A stretch of 64,000 nt of DNA from Candidatus Latescibacterota bacterium (GTDB lineage Bacteria > Krumholzibacteriota > Krumholzibacteriia > LZORAL124-64-63), in assembly GCA_030658975.1 (NCBI GenBank), contig JAUSBL010000002.1, positions 353 to 64,352 of the forward strand, written 5' to 3'. The position numbers and the translations under genes are program-made. The notes beneath the pieces were generated by a model. It did not search any database. It worked only from the letters and a program-made list of their open reading frames with translations, and was not told the origin of the DNA. Numbering within the stretch: position 1 is the first letter of the stretch; each line of letters starts with the position of its first letter. Of this stretch, positions 28,389 to 35,766 are shown one piece after another.

Positions 28389-29844
28389 CGCTGCTATCCT
28401 TCAGGTGGTCCAGGGCGTGCGGGCCGCGCGCCAGCAGTTCCACCCACAGGCGCAACATCTCCTCGAATCCCTCGCGGACGGACTCGCAGGCCACCTGCGG
28501 CACGGCGCCGACGCGCCCGGTCTTCCTGTCGATCATCGCCGAAAAGCAGAGCCCGCAATGGCGCAGGGCCCAGCAGTCCGCGCAACGCCCGCCGAGGGCG
28601 TCGAACCAGTCCCGTTCGAGGCGGTCGATGGCGTCGAAATCGAAGCCGCGACGCACGTCGCCGAGGCCGAACGCCGTACCGACGCGCTCGCAGGGCTGCA
28701 ACGTGCCATCGCTGCCCACGTGCAGGCGGCGCAGTCCGGGCGCGCAGGCCCCGCCCGGCCGGAAGAATTCGCCCAGCGGTCGGGTGTCGCGGTGGTAGAA
28801 CCGGATCAGGGGACCGTCGAACCAGGAACGCACCAACGGCCCGAGGTCGGCGTGACGACCGGTCGCGCAGGCTTCGACGTAGGCGGCGCGGGCCCGCGCC
28901 CAACCGTCCTCCGCCGGTGGGGTCCCCAGCGGTGTCGACGGCAGGACGGCGTCATCCGCCCCTTCCAGATCGGCGTAGGATGCGCCTACAGGGAGGTCGG
29001 GAATTCCGAGTTCGCGTCCCAGTTCCCCGAAGAAGGAGTCAGCCTCCATCATGTCCGACCCCGGCGCGAGCGTCGCCTGGAAGCGCAGGCGTCCCGCGAC
29101 GGCCGGGTCCCGGTCGAGCAGACGCCGCATTCCGGCGAGCACCGCGGCGTGCGTGGGCCGTCCGCCGGCCGTGGGCCGCCAGCGGTCGTGGATCGCCTCC
29201 GGGCCGTCCAGGCTCACCTGCAGGTGCAGGCCCAGTTCGGCAACGAGTTCCACCATGGTGTCGTCCAGCAGGGTCCCGTTGGTGTCCAAGACGATCCGGA
29301 CCCGGGGGCGTCGCGAATCGCGGACCATCTGCGCGACCAGACGGATGAGACCGGGCGCCAGCAGCGGCTCGCCCCCGTAGAGCGAGATCGACGGCATCTC
29401 GCCGCCGGCGCGATCCAGGAATAGCCCGACGGCTGCACGCACCGTGTCCGACGACATCTGCCGGTCGCCGTGGGGCCGGGTCCAGGATGCGGCTAGCGTG
29501 TGCGGGCAGTAGGCGCAACGCAGGTTGCAGCGCTCGTCCAGGGTCAGGGTCAGCTGGGAAAGACGGTCCAGGTACTCGTCGCGACGTTCACGACCCTGCC
29601 GTTTCGGCGCCAGGCGGGGTCGCTGCGTCCTGAACAGGCCCAGCGCATCCCTCGCTTCCCTGATCTCCTGCTCCGCGGCCGAGTCGCCGGCCAAGCCACC
29701 AGGATCGGATACCTGAGCATCCAGCCGGGCGGCGACCGCCGGTGATACGGACGCGACCTGATCGGTCCCGGCATCGTAGACGTAGTCCTGGCCGCTCTGC
29801 CGCCAGACCCGGCAGATTGCGCGGCCTGGGTCAGGCGCGACCAC
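28381..29844 (-). CDS. Radical SAM/SPASM peptide maturase (CcpM-like)
   Basis: CNLRCAYC, YGGEPLL, TNG, VSLDGP; SPASM GGACAPGLRRLHV..PCER..CADCWALRHCGLC..C; N-terminal YVYDAGT RRE-like segment. Confidence 0.88.
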   Translation of the reverse strand: MVAPDPGRAICRVWRQSGQDYVYDAGTDQVASVSPAVAARLDAQVSDPGGLAGDSAAEQEIREARDALGLFRTQRPRLAPKRQGRERRDEYLDRLSQLTLTLDERCNLRCAYCPHTLAASWTRPHGDRQMSSDTVRAAVGLFLDRAGGEMPSISLYGGEPLLAPGLIRLVAQMVRDSRRPRVRIVLDTNGTLLDDTMVELVAELGLHLQVSLDGPEAIHDRWRPTAGGRPTHAAVLAGMRRLLDRDPAVAGRLRFQATLAPGSDMMEADSFFGELGRELGIPDLPVGASYADLEGADDAVLPSTPLGTPPAEDGWARARAAYVEACATGRHADLGPLVRSWFDGPLIRFYHRDTRPLGEFFRPGGACAPGLRRLHVGSDGTLQPCERVGTAFGLGDVRRGFDFDAIDRLERDWFDALGGRCADCWALRHCGLCFSAMIDRKTGRVGAVPQVACESVREGFEEMLRLWVELLARGPHALDHLKDSSVS

Positions 29845-30016
29845 GCTTGCCGAGGATGGTCGGTAACGCTTTGGGGTCGTTGCTGGGCGATCTCGTCGGT
29901 TTGTTGACGACGGAATCGCCAGCCGCGCAACCGCAGATGCAATCGCAGTTGCACGCCCCGTCGGTGATGGATGTCCGGGTTTCGGGGCGGTGGTCCGGCT
30001 CGACGATTTTGATCAT
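29831..30016 (-). CDS. Cys-rich RiPP precursor peptide (61 aa, CxCxCxCxC core)
   Basis: GGGAGA RBS about 9 nt before ATG 30016 (alternative start 30025); MIKIVEPDHRPETRTSITDGACNCDCICGCAAGDS...; stop overlaps the rSAM start. Confidence 0.75.
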   Translation of the reverse strand: MIKIVEPDHRPETRTSITDGACNCDCICGCAAGDSVVNKPTRSPSNDPKALPTILGKRGRA

Positions 30017-30369
30017 GCGGCTCATTCTCCCGGTGGCCGGGCGAGGGCCTTCAACAGCATACACTTACCGCGGCTGCCAAATGTGAAAATAATGCGGATT
30101 GACTGTGAAACCATGCAACGTTTCATCGTCTCGGTACTTGTATGTGTTGTCGGAGAAGAGTTCGGGGGGACAAACCATTCCAAGTGACATCGGGATTCCG
30201 AAACACTGTGCGAAGCTCTAGTGAGTCGCGAACCTACCTTCCCCCCGTACTCTTGGCCGGAACTTCCTTTTCGAGAATGACCTACGGGCGAGGGCCATTC
30301 GGGGGAGTTCCGGCCTTCCTCTTCCTTCCAGCAGTGCAGGCGGGGGTCGAGAGGGCGAGGCGCCGCTGA

Positions 30370-31008
30370 TCAGCGGCGCCTCGCTACCAGTTCGATCAGG
30401 CCCGCGCGGGGGCCGTCCGTCGCGTTCTCCCCGATCAGCGGCATGTATTCCCGGTGGTGCAGCGTGTTCCAGCCGCGGAACAGGTTGCGCACGACGCCGC
30501 GCGCCAGGTAGGTGCGGTACTCCCCGCCCGGACCGCGGAAGCTGTGCAGGCCCGCGCGCTCCCAGGTCGCGCTCACGTCGTCGTAGGACGCGTCGTCCAC
30601 GTGCCGCGCCGTCAGGAACAGCAGCGATCCGTGCGCCGTCCAGCTGAAGATGCGGTGCAGCAGGCTCGCGTTGTCCGTGCGCGACAGGCGCGGCAGCAGA
30701 TCGTAGCAGAGCAGCGCGTCGTAAGGCTGCGCTCCCGGGTCATGATCCAGGATCGATTCCCGGTAGGCGACGAGGTCCAGGCCGGCGGCGGCCGCGGCCC
30801 CGGTCAGCTGCGCCTCGACGTCGTCGGTCGCGGCGAGCGCGGTGACGCGGTAACCGGCGCCGGCCAGGTACCGAGCGCGGCGGCCATCGCCGGCATCGAG
30901 GTCGAGGATCCGCCCGCTGGGGCGGATCTGGTCCAGGAAATCATCGAGCAGGGCGTCCGGTGCCTCGCCGGCGACTTCGACGACTTCGGCGACATTCGTT
31001 TCTAGCAT
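30370..31008 (-). CDS. Class I SAM-dependent methyltransferase (TehB-like)
   Basis: RILDLDAGDGRRARYLAGAGYRVTAL motif I region. Confidence 0.7.
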   Translation of the reverse strand: MLETNVAEVVEVAGEAPDALLDDFLDQIRPSGRILDLDAGDGRRARYLAGAGYRVTALAATDDVEAQLTGAAAAAGLDLVAYRESILDHDPGAQPYDALLCYDLLPRLSRTDNASLLHRIFSWTAHGSLLFLTARHVDDASYDDVSATWERAGLHSFRGPGGEYRTYLARGVVRNLFRGWNTLHHREYMPLIGENATDGPRAGLIELVARRR

Positions 31009-31155
31009 GGCACGCTCGTGGTTGAGGACATGCCGAACTGGGCGATCGGAGAAGAAGATCGGCAGGCGATCCTCACGGTTGAGCAGAAAATGCGGTGATC
31101 GGCAGAGGGGTGCCCGGGGCCCTGGGCGGTCCCCTTCGGCCTTCAGGTCGCGGGA

Positions 31156-31752
31156 TTACTGCGAATACAGGTTTTTGACCTCGCCCCAGGTCCCCTGCTC
31201 GTCGGCGTCGCCGTTGTTCAGGGTGAACACGGGCCGGTCGAAGTCGCCGCTGCAGACGGTCGCGGGCGTATTGACCCCGAGCGTGTGGAGGTAGCCGGGC
31301 GTCCCGTCGGGGAAGCTGGCCGAACCGGGCGCCGGCCCCACCTTGAAGAACAACGGGCCCTCTCCCAGCAGCTTCACGGTCATGTAGAGCAGCGGCACCA
31401 TGCCGGCGCTGTTCGGCATCAAGCCGTCCACGCCCAGTCCCACCAGAAAATCGTCAGTATCGTTGTCGAAATCCATACCGGCGGTCAGTGTCCAGTTGCC
31501 CACATAGGTGGCCGACCCTTCGACGGTCACGCGGGCTTCCCAGCCCAGAACCGGCGATCCCGAAGGCTGGGCGAGCACCAGATAGACGGTGCAGGACCCC
31601 GGCACGGCCACCTCGACATTCCCGCCGCCGGGCCCGGACGTAACGTCGGTGCAGATGCAGAACACGTCGGACTCGGCCGAAGCGGCGGCGGCCGCGCCGA
31701 GCGTCAGCACGAAGACGAGTACGAGGGCGGGGCGTGGGTAACGCATCGGCAT
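31156..31752 (-). CDS. Secreted single-domain protein (FCIC-domain) with WG tail
   Basis: Signal peptide; VFCICTD..PSG..VLGWEAR..GYLHTLG.NTPATVC.GDF; ends QGTWGEVKNLYSQ. Confidence 0.8.
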   Translation of the reverse strand: MPMRYPRPALVLVFVLTLGAAAAASAESDVFCICTDVTSGPGGGNVEVAVPGSCTVYLVLAQPSGSPVLGWEARVTVEGSATYVGNWTLTAGMDFDNDTDDFLVGLGVDGLMPNSAGMVPLLYMTVKLLGEGPLFFKVGPAPGSASFPDGTPGYLHTLGVNTPATVCSGDFDRPVFTLNNGDADEQGTWGEVKNLYSQ

Positions 31753-31852
31753 CCCTCCGGCGTCGGGCGGTGGCGGTCCGCGATTACCTTACAGAAAAGA
31801 GGGCGGCGGGACAAGCCGCAGCTGCCCCGCCGCCCCGCGACCGCCCGGCGGC

Positions 31853-34174
31853 TCAGCGCACCAGGCTCAACCTCACCACCGCGCCCGACGCGGCCCCGTC
31901 CACGTACAGCGCCGCGAAGTACGCGCCGCTGGCGACGTCGCGGCCCCGCTCGTCGGTGCCCAGCCACGTGACGCGGTTCTCCCCTGCCACGCCGTCGATC
32001 GCCCCGAGCCGCTTCACCACGCGGCCCTGCACGTCGTGGATCCGCACCTCGGCCCTGCCGGCCCGCGGCAGCGTCAGCACGATCTCGGTGCGCGGGTTGA
32101 ACGGGTTCGGCACCGCGCGCAGCGCGCAGCGCCCCGACGGGATCTCCGGCGCGCCGGTCGACAGGTCCGGCGTGCGCAGGCGCACGATCACCGGTACGGC
32201 GCCGACGTCGAGGGTCAGGCTCGACTGTGCACGCATCGACATCACCGCGACGCGGTTCTGGTGGGGCAGGTAGACCTGCAGGTCCTCGTGGCCGCCCCAC
32301 TCCGCGGCGTCCCAGCGCAGCGTGACCGGACCGGGCGCAGGCGCGGTGACCACGAGGTCCCAGGCCACGTCCGCTTCGGTCGCCGCGCGGTAGTCGGCCG
32401 TGAGCTGGTCTCCGGTGCTGAGGTCCAGGGCCGAGCCGTCGAGCCACAGTTCGGGCCGGGACACGGCGGCCGGCGCGCGCGGCGGGCGGGGCTGGTCCCA
32501 GGCGGGGTCGAAGCCGTCGTTGGCCTTTTCGAGGCGCCCGACGGTCAGGGTCTCGGGGCTGCCGTCGAGGCCGAGGCTCAGGCGCCAGTTGAGGTCGTTG
32601 GGCTCGAAGGCGGGAGGGGCGGACTTGTCGGCGCCGATGTTGGTGTAGTGGAACCACAGGCTGACGCCGTTCATGTAGGCGGGCACCCAGTAACCGTGCC
32701 AGGGATGGAGAGTGGTCCGGGCCACGTAGGAGCCCGTCGAGTTCTGATAGAAATAGACGTAGCTCCCGACGAGTCCCATCTGGACCGCCGTCGCGTAATC
32801 GTAGCGCGCGCCCTGGTACTCGACCGCGACATCGTTGAGGCTCATGACCGTCCACAGCGGCGCGCCGAGCAGGTTCCAGCCGTTGGCCAGGGGCAACAAG
32901 GCGCCGTTGAGGTCACGCATCCCCTCCATCGTCCAGGTGATGGGGCTGGTCGCGCCCACCCAGTAGCCCCGGCCCTGCTGCATGGGGTCGGTCGACAGCA
33001 TCTGCTGGTAGCCCGTATTTCCGTTGTGGCCGTAGACGAACGCGGTGCTGGCGATGTCGTCCAGCAGCACGGAGCCGATGGTGCCCGGCGCGTCCGGCAG
33101 CAGGGGCATGCCCACCAGGGACCAGCCGGTCGGCAGCAGGAGTGACGTCGGACTGAGAGGTGGGATCTGGTTCGGCCCCACCAGCAATTCGAAATGACGG
33201 ACCTGCCCGGGCACGGAATTGAACGAATAGCTGAGGGCCGTTTCCCAGAGAAGCGCAACCTCGCCCGTGTCGAGGTCGATCAGTGTCATCACCCAGTTCG
33301 ACGCCTGATTGAAGCTGGGCTGGAACGTAAGCGTCGCGACACCGCTCTGGTCGGTCAGGAAGCGCAACGGCCAGGTCTTGACCGTGGCCGACGGCACATA
33401 GGAGGCCCGGATGTCCGTCCGGAAGAACTCGCCCAGCGGCGAAGCCCACTCCGCATGCGGGAAGCACAGCGAAACGTAGCCCGCAGGCGGGGCCGGCGGT
33501 TCGGGGATGTCCAGGTTCGGATCCAGCCCGTCCGTCGCGGTCTCCCCCATGCCGGCGACATTGTTCAGATCACGGTACGCGCCGAGCGCCGCCGCGACCG
33601 TCAATGTGAATTCGTCCTCGAAGGGCGGAGGATTGTTCCCGTTGATGCTGAAGACCGGCGAATTGAAATCGCCGCCGCACACGGTCGCCGGCGTGTTGTA
33701 ACCGAGCGTGTGCACGTAGCCGGGGGTGCCCTGGGGAAAGGAGACCGATCCCGGGATCGGCCCGATGAAGAATTCGATGCTGGCGCTGCCGTTCACGATG
33801 ATGGCCTGCATCGAACCCAGCACGATGACGTCCTGCGCGTTGGGGACCAGCGGCGAAGCCCCGTTGCCGATGACGAAATCCTGGGGGTCGCTGTCGACGT
33901 CCAGTCCGGACATCATCCACGTGCCGATCATGCTCGTGGCATTCGTCTGGGTGATCCTGGCCTCCCAGGCCAGAACGCGGCCGCCGCTCGGATTGAGAAG
34001 GCACAGGTAGATGTTCGTCGGCACGAAGATCGGGATGTCGGCGTTGCCGCCGCAGCTGGCGGGGGCCGTCGGGTCGATGCAGATGCAGAAGGCGTCCTGC
34101 TGCGCGAGGGCGCCGCCGGCCGTGGTCAGCAGGACCATGGCGATCGTCAGCAGGAAGCGGATCGAAGTTCGCAT
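31853..34174 (-). CDS. Secreted multidomain protein (FCIC-domain, two D.PxPP modules) with FlgD/T9SS-like CTD
   Basis: GGAGG RBS; signal peptide; QQDAFCICIDP; ATDGLDPNLDIPEPP; GWNLLGAP; PNPFNP..WLGTD..ASGAY. Confidence 0.85.
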   Translation of the reverse strand: MRTSIRFLLTIAMVLLTTAGGALAQQDAFCICIDPTAPASCGGNADIPIFVPTNIYLCLLNPSGGRVLAWEARITQTNATSMIGTWMMSGLDVDSDPQDFVIGNGASPLVPNAQDVIVLGSMQAIIVNGSASIEFFIGPIPGSVSFPQGTPGYVHTLGYNTPATVCGGDFNSPVFSINGNNPPPFEDEFTLTVAAALGAYRDLNNVAGMGETATDGLDPNLDIPEPPAPPAGYVSLCFPHAEWASPLGEFFRTDIRASYVPSATVKTWPLRFLTDQSGVATLTFQPSFNQASNWVMTLIDLDTGEVALLWETALSYSFNSVPGQVRHFELLVGPNQIPPLSPTSLLLPTGWSLVGMPLLPDAPGTIGSVLLDDIASTAFVYGHNGNTGYQQMLSTDPMQQGRGYWVGATSPITWTMEGMRDLNGALLPLANGWNLLGAPLWTVMSLNDVAVEYQGARYDYATAVQMGLVGSYVYFYQNSTGSYVARTTLHPWHGYWVPAYMNGVSLWFHYTNIGADKSAPPAFEPNDLNWRLSLGLDGSPETLTVGRLEKANDGFDPAWDQPRPPRAPAAVSRPELWLDGSALDLSTGDQLTADYRAATEADVAWDLVVTAPAPGPVTLRWDAAEWGGHEDLQVYLPHQNRVAVMSMRAQSSLTLDVGAVPVIVRLRTPDLSTGAPEIPSGRCALRAVPNPFNPRTEIVLTLPRAGRAEVRIHDVQGRVVKRLGAIDGVAGENRVTWLGTDERGRDVASGAYFAALYVDGAASGAVVRLSLVR

Positions 34175-34247
34175 GGATGACCTCCGTTACGGGGATGGGT
34201 CCGCCGCATGACGCGGCTGGCCGGTTCGGATACCGATTCGATGGCGA

Positions 34248-34826
34248 TCAGCGATCGTAGAGCTTCTTGATCTCGCCCCAGGCGGCTGTGTCCGCCGCGA
34301 CCGGGTCGTCGGACGTCAACTCCAGCAGCAGCGTCGTGACGGGCGCCAGCGCCACGAAGGGCAGCTGCGCCGGCAGTTCGACGCGGTACGCCCGCTCCGG
34401 GGGCGCCAGGATCGTCACGGCCAGCGGGTACTGCGCGCCGATCTCTGCGGCGAAGTCCAGCAGCAAGGGCCGGTTGACCTGGTCGGTCTCCAGGACCAGT
34501 TCCCAGGTCTCGGTCTGATCCATGAAGATCTCCGAGGGGCGCAGCTCGTGGCGCCAGCGGTTCGGCAGGACTTCCGGAGCGTCCGGCATCACGAAGGACA
34601 GGCCCAGATAACCGCCGGGGGGCGGCGGCGGCTCCGGCAGATCGTAGCCGTCCGGGCCCATCAGGGCGTCGTCGTGCACGCCGAAGCGGTGGATGTCGGA
34701 GACGACCGCGTCGCCGTGCGCCTGCAGCGTGATGACGATCGACTGGGAAAGCGCCGTTGCGGGGGCGAGAACGGCGAACCAGGCCAGGAGCGCGAGGGGC
34801 GGGATGACCAGACGCCGATGATGCAC
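34248..34826 (-). CDS. Secreted single-domain protein (D.PEPPPP module) with WG tail
   Basis: AGGAG RBS, signal peptide, FGVHDDALMGPDGYDLPEPPPPPGGYL; ends TAAWGEIKKLYDR. Confidence 0.78.
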   Translation of the reverse strand: MHHRRLVIPPLALLAWFAVLAPATALSQSIVITLQAHGDAVVSDIHRFGVHDDALMGPDGYDLPEPPPPPGGYLGLSFVMPDAPEVLPNRWRHELRPSEIFMDQTETWELVLETDQVNRPLLLDFAAEIGAQYPLAVTILAPPERAYRVELPAQLPFVALAPVTTLLLELTSDDPVAADTAAWGEIKKLYDR

Positions 34827-34951
34827 GACCGACTCCTATCCGCGTGGGTGCGGAGGCGTCCGCGGCGGTTCGGGTGTCATATCGGGCGATTTGACCCGCC
34901 GATGTTACCAAATCGAAAGCCAGATTACAATACTACGCTGTGAGGGGCTGT

Positions 34952-35599
34952 TCACCTGCCCGCAGACGGGCCCGCCGAATACGCACTCTTGATCGCACCC
35001 CAGGTATCGACGTCCGCCGCGACGACGCCATTGATGCTGAACACCGGCTCGTCGAAGTCGCCGCTGCAGACGGTGGCTGGTGTGTTGAATCCCAGCGTGT
35101 GGACGTAGCCCGGAACGCCCTGGGGGAAACTGATGGAGCCGGGGATCGGGCCGACGAAAAAACTGACCGGGACGCCGTCATCCAGGACCCTGACCATCAT
35201 GGAGGCGAACGTGATGACGCCCGCTGCGTTCGGCTGCCAGGGCGCGGGGCAGGAGCCGACCACGAAATTCCCAGGCACGGAGTCGACATCCAAACCGCCG
35301 TTGAGGCACCACTCGCCAGAGATGGTATCGGCTCCTCTGTCGTCGGTCACTCGGGCTTCCCAGGCCAACACCTGATCCCCGCTGGGTTCGAGCAGGCACA
35401 GCCAGATGGGCGTCGGCACGCCGACGGGGATCACGGCATTGCCGCCGCAGGTGTTCGGGTCCGTGGGATCGAGGCAGATGCAGAAGGCGTCCTGCTGCGC
35501 CGAGGCGCCGCCGGCCGCCGCCAGCACCGCGATGACGAGAAGAGGGATGAACGGGATGCGGCTGTGCGTGAGAGCATTCCAAGGACGCCGATGATCCAC
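34952..35599 (-). CDS. Secreted single-domain protein (FCIC-domain) with WG tail
   Basis: GTG at 35599 after GGGAG; QQDAFCICLDP...; ends VDTWGAIKSAYSAGPSAGR. Confidence 0.78.
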   Translation of the reverse strand: MDHRRPWNALTHSRIPFIPLLVIAVLAAAGGASAQQDAFCICLDPTDPNTCGGNAVIPVGVPTPIWLCLLEPSGDQVLAWEARVTDDRGADTISGEWCLNGGLDVDSVPGNFVVGSCPAPWQPNAAGVITFASMMVRVLDDGVPVSFFVGPIPGSISFPQGVPGYVHTLGFNTPATVCSGDFDEPVFSINGVVAADVDTWGAIKSAYSAGPSAGR

Positions 35600-35707
35600 G
35601 ATCGACTCCCATCCACGCGGACGCGCGGGCGCCCGGCGCTGTCCCGGGTGTGTGTCGGATCGGGCGAATCGACTTCTTGAGGTTACCAATTCACCTGGGA
35701 CAAAGCA

Positions 35708-35736
35708 AGCGCCCCGCCCATCGGGGGCGGGGCGCT
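35708..35736 (-). terminator. Intrinsic terminator after the giant metalloprotease gene
   Basis: AGCGCCCCGCCC...GGGCGGGGCGCT stem, followed by TGCTTTG on the minus strand. Confidence 0.6.
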
Positions 35737-35766
35737 CACGCGGATCCGCGCGACTGGAACCGTCGT

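Noticed and set aside
31156-35599. Paralogous segments as possible DGR template/variable repeats
   Set aside because: Differences are not adenine-specific, all copies are in coding genes, and there is no reverse transcriptase in the window
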